57,954 nt of DNA from Bacteriovoracia bacterium (lineage in GTDB: Bacteria; Bdellovibrionota; Bacteriovoracia; Bacteriovoracales; Bacteriovoracaceae): positions 1-57,954 of the forward strand of contig JAUHYH010000001.1 of assembly GCA_030426585.1 (NCBI GenBank), written 5' to 3'. The notes beneath the pieces are model-generated. The model saw nothing but the letters and a program-made list of their open reading frames with translations, had not been told where the DNA came from and searched no databases. Below are positions 1-9,546 of the stretch, piece after piece (position 1 is the stretch's first letter; each line of letters starts with the position of its first letter). Position numbers and translations under genes: made by a program.

Positions 1-612
1 AGTTTTGGTCTAAATTCTGCTAAAGGTATTTTTACAGGTAACACCGCCGTTTTTGATGATAAATTTAATATTAACTTCTTATTAAACTTACAAGAAACTG
101 AAGATAAATTAAAAATTGTTTCTTCACCAAGAGTTGTGACTCAAAATAACCAGGCAGCAACAATAACGACCAAAGAGTCGAGAGTTGAACAACTTGGATT
201 TATTACAGACGCTGCTGGTATTTCGACTCCTAACTTTCAAACCTTTGATGCAAACCTTTCTCTGGATGTAACACCACAGATCAGTAATGATGGTTCAATT
301 GGCTTAAAGATTAAGGTTAAGAAAGACGACTTCCTACCAGGAGAAGATGGAGATCAAGGGGTAAGTACTCTTGCGAATGATCTTACGACAAATGTCCTTG
401 TTGATAACGGATCGACCGTTGTTATTGGTGGTTTATATAAAACAAGAGCAGCAGAGACTGAGACTGGAATTCCTTGGCTGAGAAAAATACCTTTATTGGG
501 CTGGCTATTTAAGAGCGGTTACCGTACAGAAGAAACTCGACGTGAACTTGTGGTGTTTATTACACCAAGAATTTTAAAGTCTGATGAAAGAGTTCAAGCG
601 AGCGTAGAATAG
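1..612 (+). CDS. pilQ: Type IV pilus secretin PilQ, C-terminal part (5' end lies outside the window)
   Basis: Frame 1 is open from nt 1 (SFGLNSAKGIFTG...KLKIVSSPRVVTQNNQAATI...VVIGGLYKT...GIPWLRKIPLLGWLFK...RELVVFITPRIL). These are the classic secretin C-domain motifs. There is no plausible start in the window; the ORF-track 'M' at 136 is internal. Confidence 0.8.
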   Translation, partial: SFGLNSAKGIFTGNTAVFDDKFNINFLLNLQETEDKLKIVSSPRVVTQNNQAATITTKESRVEQLGFITDAAGISTPNFQTFDANLSLDVTPQISNDGSIGLKIKVKKDDFLPGEDGDQGVSTLANDLTTNVLVDNGSTVVIGGLYKTRAAETETGIPWLRKIPLLGWLFKSGYRTEETRRELVVFITPRILKSDERVQASVE

Positions 613-619
613 AGGCTCA

Positions 620-1540
620 ATGAGCGAAAATGTTAACAATCTACTTTCAAGGTATTTAAATCAATACCAGAAGAATAGACGAAGCCGGGTCTTTGCACCT
701 CTTGCAGAAGCTTATCGAAAGATTGGAATGCTAGATGAAGCATTGCAAACACTCAAAGAAGGCATTCGTTTCCATCCCGATTATCAACTTGCTTATCTTG
801 TTCTAGCCAATTGCTATTTTGATTTACAGGAATTTAATAAGGCTTATGATGTCTTGAAGCCAATGTCCGGTAAGAATCCAGATAACTTAAAACTCCACCA
901 CCTTTTTGGAGAAGTTTGTGAAAAACTTAGTCTTCAAGATGAAGCCCTAAATGCTTATAAAAATGTTCTCTTTATCAATCCTTATGATGAAGTTGTAGCT
1001 GAAAAAGTTAAAACACTCGAAGAATCAGAGGAAATACGATCGAAATATGAGATCAAAAGAACAGATCCTTCGAAAATTGAAGCTCAAAAAACAGATGAAG
1101 AAGACTGGGTCGCGATTGACCTTTCCTTAAATGAAAAAGATACAGAGGAAGAAAAAGAAGAGACAGAAGAGGATGTTTTTGATCAGTGGTCAATGAGTAA
1201 AGATAATCTTACTCCGTCTAAAAAAACAAAGCCAAAGCCTGTCGAGAAAGAAACTTCAGTTGATGATGAAATTGACTCTATCATTTCTAGTGAAGAACCT
1301 TTTGTAACTCATACTTTAGTTGATATCTATATTGCTCAAAAGCACTTTGAAAAAGCCAGAGAGTTATTGGATAAGATTCTTGAATCAAATCCAGAGGATG
1401 AAAAATCACGAAAGAAACTCGAGCAAGTTGTCTCAAAACTTGGCGATTCCCCTGAAAGCTACTATAAAAGACTTGAAAAAAAGTACTTGGAATTCCTTGC
1501 TAAAATAAGGGCAAGGGCCGAGATTTATACGCGAGCTTAG
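620..1540 (+). CDS. TPR-repeat protein with an acidic/lysine-rich central linker and no signal peptide
   Basis: TPR-like helices sit at the N-terminus (AEAYRKIGMLDEALQTLKEGIRFHPDY..AYLVLANCYFDLQEFNKA) and C-terminus (LVDIYIAQKHFEKARELLDKILESNPED). The middle is low complexity and E/K/D rich. Confidence 0.6.
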   Translation: MSENVNNLLSRYLNQYQKNRRSRVFAPLAEAYRKIGMLDEALQTLKEGIRFHPDYQLAYLVLANCYFDLQEFNKAYDVLKPMSGKNPDNLKLHHLFGEVCEKLSLQDEALNAYKNVLFINPYDEVVAEKVKTLEESEEIRSKYEIKRTDPSKIEAQKTDEEDWVAIDLSLNEKDTEEEKEETEEDVFDQWSMSKDNLTPSKKTKPKPVEKETSVDDEIDSIISSEEPFVTHTLVDIYIAQKHFEKARELLDKILESNPEDEKSRKKLEQVVSKLGDSPESYYKRLEKKYLEFLAKIRARAEIYTRA

Positions 1541-1541
1541 T

Positions 1542-1982
1542 TTGAATATTCTGATTATTAATGGTCCCAATCTAAACCTTCTAGGTAATAGAGAAAACTC
1601 AATTTATGGGGATTTGAGTCTTTCAAAAATTCAAGAAATGACAGAAGAAAAACTGAAAAACCATAAAGTAAAAATAGAGTGGTTTCAATCTAACTTTGAG
1701 TCGGAGATCATTGATAAAATTCAAGACTTCCACCAAGGCAATGATTTTGACGCTTTAATCATTAATCCAGGGGCCTTTACCCACACGAGCCTAGCAATAA
1801 GGGACGCTTTAAAACCCGTCCAAAAGCCTGTTGGAGAGGTTCATTTAACTAATATTTATGCCCGAGAAAAGAAGCGACACTCTTTATTGACGGCTGAAGC
1901 GGCAGATTTCATAATGGAGGGACTTGGTGAAAACGCCTATTATGCTGCAGCTTGGTATATCCTCACTGAGCTTTCACGTTAG
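1542..1982 (+). CDS. aroQ: 3-dehydroquinate dehydratase, type II
   Basis: TTG start. NILIINGPNLNLLGNRE..IYG, INPGAFTHTSLAIRDAL and GEVHLTNIYAREKKRH are type II DHQase signatures. Confidence 0.9.
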   Translation: MNILIINGPNLNLLGNRENSIYGDLSLSKIQEMTEEKLKNHKVKIEWFQSNFESEIIDKIQDFHQGNDFDALIINPGAFTHTSLAIRDALKPVQKPVGEVHLTNIYAREKKRHSLLTAEAADFIMEGLGENAYYAAAWYILTELSR

Positions 1983-1990
1983 GAGAGAGC

Positions 1991-2557
1991 ATGTATAAAA
2001 CAAGTGACTTTAGAAAAAATCTCAAGCTTGAGATTGATGGGAAACCTTATGTGATTGTTGATTTTCAACACACAAATCCAGGAAAAGGTTCAGCGTTTGT
2101 TAGAACTAAATTAAAAAACTTAGAAACAGGTCAACTCCTCGAAAAAACTTATAAATCAGGAGTTGATTCATTTGATAAACCCGATCTTGATGAAAGAGAA
2201 ATGGAGTACACCTACGGTGATTCAGAAGGCTATAACTTTATGGATCAAAAAACTTTTGAGTCCATTAATCTTAACCATGATGTAGTTGGAGATGCTAAAA
2301 ATTTTCTTCAAGAAGGCATGAAAGTAGATGTTCTTTTTTACAATGAAAGACCTATTTCTCTTGAGCTTCCAAATTTTGTAGTATTGAGAGTGGCAGAAAC
2401 AGATCCTGGTCTAAAGGGAGATACTGCGAGTGGTGGCTCAAAAAAAGCCATTATGGAAACGGGGTTACAAGTTAACGTTCCTCTTTTTATCGAAGAAGGA
2501 GAGCTCCTAAAAATTGACACTCGAACAGGGGATTATGTCGAGCGAGGCAAAGAGTAA
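1991..2557 (+). CDS. efp: Translation elongation factor P
   Basis: 188 aa. DFRKNLKLEIDGKPYVIVDFQHTNPGKGSAFVRTKLKNL and ETDPGLKGDTASGGSKKA match EF-P throughout. Confidence 0.95.
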   Translation: MYKTSDFRKNLKLEIDGKPYVIVDFQHTNPGKGSAFVRTKLKNLETGQLLEKTYKSGVDSFDKPDLDEREMEYTYGDSEGYNFMDQKTFESINLNHDVVGDAKNFLQEGMKVDVLFYNERPISLELPNFVVLRVAETDPGLKGDTASGGSKKAIMETGLQVNVPLFIEEGELLKIDTRTGDYVERGKE

Positions 2558-2985
2558 TGGACTTAAAAAAGATAAAAAAATTTATTGAAGTCGCGAAAGA
2601 GGGAGAGGTTACAAAACTTAGCTATGAGCACGAAGGAACAAAACTTTCAGTTTCTTTTGAAGCTGCAATTGCTGATATTCCGAGAGTCTCTGTTCAAGCG
2701 TCTTCGCAACCGACAAAGTCTTCTGAAAAGGCTTCTAATGACAATCACCATGTTGTGAAAGCCCCTTTCGTTGGAACATTCTACTCATCTTCTGGTCCGG
2801 GCGAACCGGCTTATGTGAATGTCGGAGATAAAGTTTCTAAAGGGCAAACTCTTTGTATTTTAGAAGCGATGAAGATTATGAATGAAATTGAAGCTGATGC
2901 ATCAGGGACACTTGTTGAGATTTGTGTTGATAATGAAAGCTTTGTAGAGTTCGCACAACCATTGTTTAAAATTTCAAAAGACTAA
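2557..2985 (+). CDS. accB: Acetyl-CoA carboxylase biotin carboxyl carrier protein
   Basis: Biotinyl-lysine motif LEAMKIMNEIEA near the C-terminus. The start overlaps the efp stop (TAATG). It lies directly upstream of accC. Confidence 0.9.
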   Translation: MDLKKIKKFIEVAKEGEVTKLSYEHEGTKLSVSFEAAIADIPRVSVQASSQPTKSSEKASNDNHHVVKAPFVGTFYSSSGPGEPAYVNVGDKVSKGQTLCILEAMKIMNEIEADASGTLVEICVDNESFVEFAQPLFKISKD

Positions 2986-2986
2986 G

Positions 2987-4327
2987 ATGTTTAAAAAAGT
3001 TCTTATTGCTAATCGTGGAGAAATTGCCATCAGGGTAATGAGGAGTTGTCGTGAGTTGGGTATTGACTCTGTTAGTATTCATTCAACAGCAGATGAAAAC
3101 TCTCTTCATGTAAAAATGGCCGATGAGTCGGTCTGCATTGGTCCTCCTCCTTCACCACAAAGTTATCTAAATATTCAAGCGATCATGTCAGCGGTTGAAA
3201 TAACAGGAGCTGATGCCATTCACCCAGGTTATGGGTTTCTCTCTGAAAGTACTGAGCTTGCAGAAATGTGTAAAAAATATGGAGTGAGTTTTATCGGACC
3301 TCATATTGAAGCTCTTGATATGATGGGCGACAAGATTCGTTCAAAAAAAATAGCCAAGAATGCAAATGTTCCAATTCTAGAAGCGATTGAGGTGAAAGAA
3401 TATGGAGCTAGCCTAGAATCAAAAGTTCAAGAACTTGGATTCCCAGTTTTAGTTAAAGCTTCAGCCGGAGGTGGTGGGAAGGGTATGCAGATAGTGCATA
3501 AACTTTCTGAGCTACAAGCAATTGTTAAGAAACTTGAGAGAGAAGCGGAAGCAGCCTTTGGTGACAAGACTTTATTTATCGAGAAATATATAGAAACTCC
3601 TCGTCATATCGAAGTTCAAATTCTTGCAGACAAACATGGAAAAATTCTTCATCTTGGAGAAAGAGATTGTAGTGTTCAAAGAAATTATCAAAAGGTTATT
3701 GAAGAATCACCATCTCTCGCTCTTACTGATTCAGAAAGAGCAAATATTTGTGCTGACGCAATCAAGCTTTGCCAAGCCGTAAAATATGATTCTGTTGGAA
3801 CCGTTGAGTTCATCTATGACATGAAAGATAAAAAATATTATTTCATGGAAATGAATACAAGGATTCAAGTTGAACACCCAGTAACTGAAGAAAGATGCAA
3901 GATAGACTTAATTGGTGAACAAATAAAAGTTGCTACCGGACAAAAACTAGAGATATCGCAGGATGATATTGAGTTTAATAATCATGTAATTGAATGCCGG
4001 ATCAATGCTGAGGACCCCAACACTTTTGCGCCATCACCTGGTAAAATTGATCATTATCATCGGCCAGGAGGAATGGGTGTCAGGGTTGATGATTTCATCT
4101 ACTCTGGTTATCAAGTACCTCCTTTCTATGATTCGATGATTTCAAAAGTCATTGTTTCTGCCCCAGATCGAAATAAATGCATTACTAGAATGAAAAGGGC
4201 ATTAAAAGAGACTATTGTTGGCGGAATAAAAACGAATATAGACCTTCATTTAAGAATTCTTGATAGTGAAGAATTCAAAACAAATAACTTTTCAACGAAC
4301 CTGATTAAAGAACTTCTTAAGAAGTAG
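2987..4327 (+). CDS. accC: Acetyl-CoA carboxylase biotin carboxylase subunit
   Basis: 446 aa. KVLIANRGEIAIRVMR, ATP-grasp GGGGKGM and EMNTRIQVEHPVTE are present. Confidence 0.95.
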   Translation: MFKKVLIANRGEIAIRVMRSCRELGIDSVSIHSTADENSLHVKMADESVCIGPPPSPQSYLNIQAIMSAVEITGADAIHPGYGFLSESTELAEMCKKYGVSFIGPHIEALDMMGDKIRSKKIAKNANVPILEAIEVKEYGASLESKVQELGFPVLVKASAGGGGKGMQIVHKLSELQAIVKKLEREAEAAFGDKTLFIEKYIETPRHIEVQILADKHGKILHLGERDCSVQRNYQKVIEESPSLALTDSERANICADAIKLCQAVKYDSVGTVEFIYDMKDKKYYFMEMNTRIQVEHPVTEERCKIDLIGEQIKVATGQKLEISQDDIEFNNHVIECRINAEDPNTFAPSPGKIDHYHRPGGMGVRVDDFIYSGYQVPPFYDSMISKVIVSAPDRNKCITRMKRALKETIVGGIKTNIDLHLRILDSEEFKTNNFSTNLIKELLKK

Positions 4328-4433
4328 ATTCAAAAGTTTTTTCTAAACAAAATTACCCTTGGAACTTTTTCTCAATGCGAAATAAATTTCGCATAAATCA
4401 GTATAATTACAATAAGATACGCAGGAGAGAGAG

Positions 4434-5465
4434 ATGAAAATACTCAAGTTGATTGAGGACTTTTCACACCATAGGGAAAACAGAAACATTGAAAAAAGTT
4501 TTCAATGTTTGGTGGAATATAAAAACTTCGCAATGAAGTTTAAAAACTATTCTTCATTTGAAAATTTTGACATTGAACCTGTTAAATCAAAAAAGATTTC
4601 ATTTCTTTGGAATCAAGTTAAGTTCGAAAAAGCACTTCAAGAATATAATTTCGAAGAGTTAGAAGAATCGTTTGATGAAATGTACCACTATTCATTAAAT
4701 GATCCCCGTTCTGTTAGTGAAGATTTTTGGGATAACATCTCGAATTTATTGAAACCTCATAACTCAAAGATTTATGAAATCAATAGTCTTAAGCTTGAAG
4801 TAGAAGTACTAAAAGAAGTTATAACTTCCTATAATTACTCACTTCCAATTCCCTTAACGAGAAAAGTACAAAAGATAATTGAGCTAGTTTTAATTGCTTC
4901 AAAAAACCCCAAAGTTCTTAGAACATTAAATAAATATTTTCATCTGCTTAGCGAGCCAAAGCTGGAGCAATCTTATCATGCAGCTTTCCCGGATGCTAAG
5001 AGTAAGAATCATGTCGATAACTTTTATCATAATTTGAAAAAGAGCAAGGTTGATCGAGACATTCGCGTAGATGTTCTTGTTGATAGTATCGAAATTCCAA
5101 TAAGCAAAGAGTTAGAGAAGAAAACAAGATACATAACCCAAGCGACTCAAGAGAAGCTCTTTTCATATCTAGTTCCCTCAAGAACCCTTACGAATATTAA
5201 TATTGTAGAGTTTTATATTTCAGAGGCTCAATACGATGAAGCCTTGAAAGAGCTACAAAAATTTTATGAAAAGAAGGAAAAGGATACAAACTTTTATTAT
5301 CTAAAAGCTTATATAACATACAGAACACAAGGGGCGATAGCTGCCCTTAGATCAATTCAAGATGATGATGTGGACTCACTCGTTGTCTCAGATAAAGAAT
5401 TTTTAAGCCTAGTTGCAAGACTTAGAGCTGAAATACTTGTCAGGGGAGCGGAGAGTGAAAATTAA
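4434..5465 (+). CDS. Hypothetical cytoplasmic protein with a TPR-like C-terminus
   Basis: 343-aa ORF preceded by AGGAGAGAGAG. I recognise no family. The end overlaps the tamB-like start. Confidence 0.5.
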   Translation: MKILKLIEDFSHHRENRNIEKSFQCLVEYKNFAMKFKNYSSFENFDIEPVKSKKISFLWNQVKFEKALQEYNFEELEESFDEMYHYSLNDPRSVSEDFWDNISNLLKPHNSKIYEINSLKLEVEVLKEVITSYNYSLPIPLTRKVQKIIELVLIASKNPKVLRTLNKYFHLLSEPKLEQSYHAAFPDAKSKNHVDNFYHNLKKSKVDRDIRVDVLVDSIEIPISKELEKKTRYITQATQEKLFSYLVPSRTLTNINIVEFYISEAQYDEALKELQKFYEKKEKDTNFYYLKAYITYRTQGAIAALRSIQDDDVDSLVVSDKEFLSLVARLRAEILVRGAESEN

Positions 5466-8400
5466 ACGCTTCAATTTTATTGTTTTGACGATTCTATTTG
5501 TATTTTTGTTTTTTTATTATGTTCTTTGGCAGTTTATTTCAAGTCCTTTCTTTGCAGGTGTGGCTACAAAGCTCGTAAATGACTCGATACCGGCAGAATA
5601 TAGAGATGCAATTAAGTTTGAAAAAATTAGAGTTGGAAATTTTCCACCAAGAATTATTGTTGAGGATATAAGCCTAAATCTTAATAATCAATTCGGCTTT
5701 AAAAACCTGGTCGTTCAAGCCCAAGAACTTCAAATTGGGATTAATGTGTTCTCTTCTTATCGAGATAAGTTTTCTTTATCTCATGTCAAACTTTACAATG
5801 GCTTCACCCTAATTGAACCATTAGAAAATAAAATCTCAGAGGACAAAGCAGAAACTGAGCTTGAGCGTAAAAAACAACAAAGAAAACAAATTAAAAAAGA
5901 AATCAATAACTTTGTTCTAAATAACATGAAGGGGTTTGATCTCGGAGAGATTATAGTATCAAGGTTTGAGTTAGAAAAAATGTATTTTAAATACAGCGAT
6001 CAAGCAACCCTGTTTTTTCAAAGTTCTTCTATTGAAACCTATAGAGAGAAGATATTTACAGAACTTGATATCGAGGATTTTCAAGTTGACTTGGAAGATC
6101 TAAAGGGATTATCAAGCGTGAAGCTTAAAGGTGTTCTTGATAAAAATAGCTATGACCTAGATTTTGTTAAGATTACGAAAGGTTCAAGTATCCTAAACCT
6201 TCGCGGTGCCATCAAAAAACCTTTTGATAAAAACCGAAGAAGTTTTCTTGTTAACTTCTCTGGAGAAGTTGTTCCGAATGAAATTTCTCAAGCGGGATTA
6301 GTAAAAGAATTAGGGTTAAAAGGGGTAGTTAAATTTCAAGGTGAATCAATTGGGAGAAGAAAAGTTGAAAGAGTTAATACCGTTATTGTGTTCAAAGACT
6401 TTAGGAGTAAGTTTTTGGAAATGGATAAAGGTGTTGGAAACTTAAGCTTTGATGGGAAAAAAATTATGCTTAACAAGCTTAGATTCGAACTAGACTCTGG
6501 AGAAGTTCAGCTCAAGAAGAAAGCTTTGATGTATGATTTTAAGAAAAAAGTTTTACTGAACGACCCAATTAAAATTGCACTAAAGAATGTCCCCCTTGAT
6601 CGTGCAATCGTTGCCGTACCCCCCGTTTCAAAAACAATAACAGGTAAAGCGAGTGGAGAAATTTCACTTTTAATTAATAAAAAAGTAGTAAATGTTGAAC
6701 ACGATACTTCTTTGGAAATGAACGAAATTGGTATCCGTAATGAAGAAAAAGAAATATTTCGACTAGGAAAAGTTGTTTTCGATAAATCTCAATACACCTT
6801 CGATTTAAATGAAAAAGTTCTAACGTTGAAAACTGACGGCAAAATTTCAGACAAACAGATAACAGTACAAGGGACCATGTCTGAAAACAACGTAGATATA
6901 GCGAGTAACGATTTCTATATAAACTTTGATAACCTCATTCACCTTGGTGACCTTGATATAAAAGGTTACGGAAAAATGAAAGTCCAAACATCGGGAAGTC
7001 TTAATGATCTTTCTATAAGGTTTGATCTTGATACCGAGAAAACTGAGTTGGCTAATTTTTATATGGGTCGAGTAGAAAGCAAGCTCGATTTAGATTTAAA
7101 GAATGCTTTTTTAAAGATGGAGAAAGTTGAAGGCGAGATCGGAACTGGTAATTATTCCATGAAAGGTAGTTTAGATTTTAAAAATAAAAAAGCAGATGTT
7201 CGAACTAGATTTAAAGAGTTTAATATCGAAGGGTTCAGAAAAAGTCATGGGCCAGCACTTGCTGGTGTAGACCCAATTTACTGGACATATATTAGTGGTA
7301 TTTTATCTGGGGAGTATCACTTCCTAGGTGGCTTTGACCTTGAAAGTCTTGAAGTCACTGGAACATACCTTTCGGATGATTTAACTCTTTTCAAGGAGAG
7401 AATCAATTCTTATAGAGCAAATATGAGATTTAAGGATATGAAACTCGATCTTCGTAATGTTGAGTTCGACATTGGTAACGGTCGAGTCGAAGGCTCCTAT
7501 AGTTATGATCTGAATAATAAAGTTGCAACTTATGGTTTTGAATCAGAACAACTTAATACAAAAGATCTTAATTATTATCTCTCTCACGGATTAGGGTACA
7601 GCTCAAAGATTAAATTAAAAGTAGATGGAGTTAGTGACAAGACAACGAACAGAATGAATATTGATACTTTGTTTTTCGACTCAGTCATGTCTGGACAACC
7701 TGTTAAAGACTCAAGATTTATTCTTAATAAAAATGAAAAAAACTTAATGGTTAATGCCAGTTTTTTAGAAGATGTATTTAAGTTTAACTCGACGATAGAT
7801 ATCGACCGAGCAGGAAATCTTCAAAATGCAGATTTTAATCTCAGTGTAGATATTCCTCATTGGAGCTATGTACTTAATCTTGTTTCATCTTACGATGTAG
7901 ATGATAACTTTCTCAGGGGACGACTAGTTGGAAACGTGAAGGGAAGTTTTAACGTAGCGAGATGGAATACTTTAAACCTAGTTGGAGGTATTCAATTATT
8001 TAGTTTCGAACATCCAGAAATTGATATTAGCTCTAAAGGTGTGAATGCTGTTCAAATAGAAAATGGAGAAATTAAAAAATGGATATTTAATGTTGTAGGT
8101 AGCGACAACGAGGAATTTATAAGTACAGGTACTGGTTCATTGAGAAGTCGCTACAAGATCGATTTTCGTTCACGCTTTATTCTCGATAAAATTAATCGTG
8201 TCTTAGGCTCCCTTTTTAATCTAAAGGGAGGCGTCGAGTTTCTTGGTAGTTTAGAAAAGAAAAGTAGAGACTCAAAAGACGACTTTAATTTTAAGTTTAA
8301 AGGAAATGATGTTTCAATCAGTCGGGTTGGTTGGTTTACAAGTCTTGATAATACATTTTTTGAAATTGTATTAAATGAAGGAAAGCTTAATCTTAAATAT

Positions 8401-9546
8401 CTTCAATCGAAATTAGGAAATGGAGACTTGAAGATGAATGGAACAATCGATGATCTTGGTTTTGATCCAGATTTTAATATTAAATATCAACTTGATGATG
8501 CAGTTATAAGTATTAACGAAAGAAGTTATTTTGTTGTAAATGGAACGGGAAATCTATTGGGTTCTGACTTTCCTTATGCTTTATCAGGAGAAATCAGAGT
8601 AATTGGAGGTGAAGTTTTTGATGAGTTTGAAAAGTTTATTAATGATGATTCATCTTTATCACTTAATAATACCAATCGTTATACACCTCGATCTAGGGAA
8701 GAGCTAAGTTCTGGTCTTTTAAGTCTCAATCTCAATACGACAATTGAAAAAGAGATTTGGTTTCGAAATTCACTAGTGGATTTTAAAATGCTTGGGGGCT
8801 TAAATATTACAGGATCTAATGAGCAGCCCTTATTATTTGGAAAAGTTTTTACGAATTTAGACAAAGAAAACAAAGTAGTAATCAAAGATAACGAACTTTT
8901 TGTTGAAAAACTTATGATTAACTTCTCTGGAAGTGAAGACTATACGAATCCACTAATTGATTTTTCATCTAATATGAAAACCAATGACTATAAAATTACA
9001 GTTCAAGCTTATGGACCTGCTAAAAACTTGAGTATCGACTTTTCTTCTGACCCTTACCTAAATAGACAGAGCATTCTTTCATTGATGGCCTTTGGATATG
9101 TAGAGCAATATTCAGAAAGACTGAGTCAGTCTGATAGAGAAAGTATCTCTTCTGCCGGAGTCGGAAGTTTCCTTTTTAATAGGCTTAAGATCAATGAAAC
9201 TCTTAAGGATAATCTAGGTGTGACACTGAACGTAGGTACTGTTTTTCAACAAGACGAACAAAGTTTTCTACAAGGGAGAACTCAATCAGGTGGTCAAGGT
9301 GGGTCTGTTAGATCTGCAACCAAACTTGAATTGAATAAAAAGATTACTGATAACGTTGATCTTTCTGTATCAAGTGCGATCTCGGGAAGCATAGGTCAAC
9401 AGCAAAAAATGAACGTTAATTATAACATCAATAAAAATGTAAGCCTTCAAGGAGTCTATGAACTAACGACTGATAGAGATGGAGAAGAAGGAGGTCAAGA
9501 TACCTCCGTTGGGGCAGATGTGAAGTTTAGGTGGACCTTTAAATGA
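5455..9546 (+). CDS. TamB-like translocation and assembly module protein (AsmA/TamB superfamily, N-terminal membrane anchor)
   Basis: About 1360 aa with a single N-terminal TM (FNFIVLTILFVFLFFYYVLW), then long beta-rich sequence ending in an aromatic beta-strand (VKFRWTF). It overlaps the Omp85 gene by 4 nt. The GTG at 5455 is preferred over the ATG at 5413 because it minimises overlap with the upstream gene; the start is uncertain. Confidence 0.6.
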   Translation: MKIKRFNFIVLTILFVFLFFYYVLWQFISSPFFAGVATKLVNDSIPAEYRDAIKFEKIRVGNFPPRIIVEDISLNLNNQFGFKNLVVQAQELQIGINVFSSYRDKFSLSHVKLYNGFTLIEPLENKISEDKAETELERKKQQRKQIKKEINNFVLNNMKGFDLGEIIVSRFELEKMYFKYSDQATLFFQSSSIETYREKIFTELDIEDFQVDLEDLKGLSSVKLKGVLDKNSYDLDFVKITKGSSILNLRGAIKKPFDKNRRSFLVNFSGEVVPNEISQAGLVKELGLKGVVKFQGESIGRRKVERVNTVIVFKDFRSKFLEMDKGVGNLSFDGKKIMLNKLRFELDSGEVQLKKKALMYDFKKKVLLNDPIKIALKNVPLDRAIVAVPPVSKTITGKASGEISLLINKKVVNVEHDTSLEMNEIGIRNEEKEIFRLGKVVFDKSQYTFDLNEKVLTLKTDGKISDKQITVQGTMSENNVDIASNDFYINFDNLIHLGDLDIKGYGKMKVQTSGSLNDLSIRFDLDTEKTELANFYMGRVESKLDLDLKNAFLKMEKVEGEIGTGNYSMKGSLDFKNKKADVRTRFKEFNIEGFRKSHGPALAGVDPIYWTYISGILSGEYHFLGGFDLESLEVTGTYLSDDLTLFKERINSYRANMRFKDMKLDLRNVEFDIGNGRVEGSYSYDLNNKVATYGFESEQLNTKDLNYYLSHGLGYSSKIKLKVDGVSDKTTNRMNIDTLFFDSVMSGQPVKDSRFILNKNEKNLMVNASFLEDVFKFNSTIDIDRAGNLQNADFNLSVDIPHWSYVLNLVSSYDVDDNFLRGRLVGNVKGSFNVARWNTLNLVGGIQLFSFEHPEIDISSKGVNAVQIENGEIKKWIFNVVGSDNEEFISTGTGSLRSRYKIDFRSRFILDKINRVLGSLFNLKGGVEFLGSLEKKSRDSKDDFNFKFKGNDVSISRVGWFTSLDNTFFEIVLNEGKLNLKYLQSKLGNGDLKMNGTIDDLGFDPDFNIKYQLDDAVISINERSYFVVNGTGNLLGSDFPYALSGEIRVIGGEVFDEFEKFINDDSSLSLNNTNRYTPRSREELSSGLLSLNLNTTIEKEIWFRNSLVDFKMLGGLNITGSNEQPLLFGKVFTNLDKENKVVIKDNELFVEKLMINFSGSEDYTNPLIDFSSNMKTNDYKITVQAYGPAKNLSIDFSSDPYLNRQSILSLMAFGYVEQYSERLSQSDRESISSAGVGSFLFNRLKINETLKDNLGVTLNVGTVFQQDEQSFLQGRTQSGGQGGSVRSATKLELNKKITDNVDLSVSSAISGSIGQQQKMNVNYNINKNVSLQGVYELTTDRDGEEGGQDTSVGADVKFRWTFK

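Noticed and set aside
5413-5454. ATG at 5413 as the start of the tamB-like gene
   Set aside because: It would add 14 residues overlapping 53 nt of the upstream ORF. The in-frame GTG at 5455 sits just before the basic residues and TM anchor. The choice remains uncertain.
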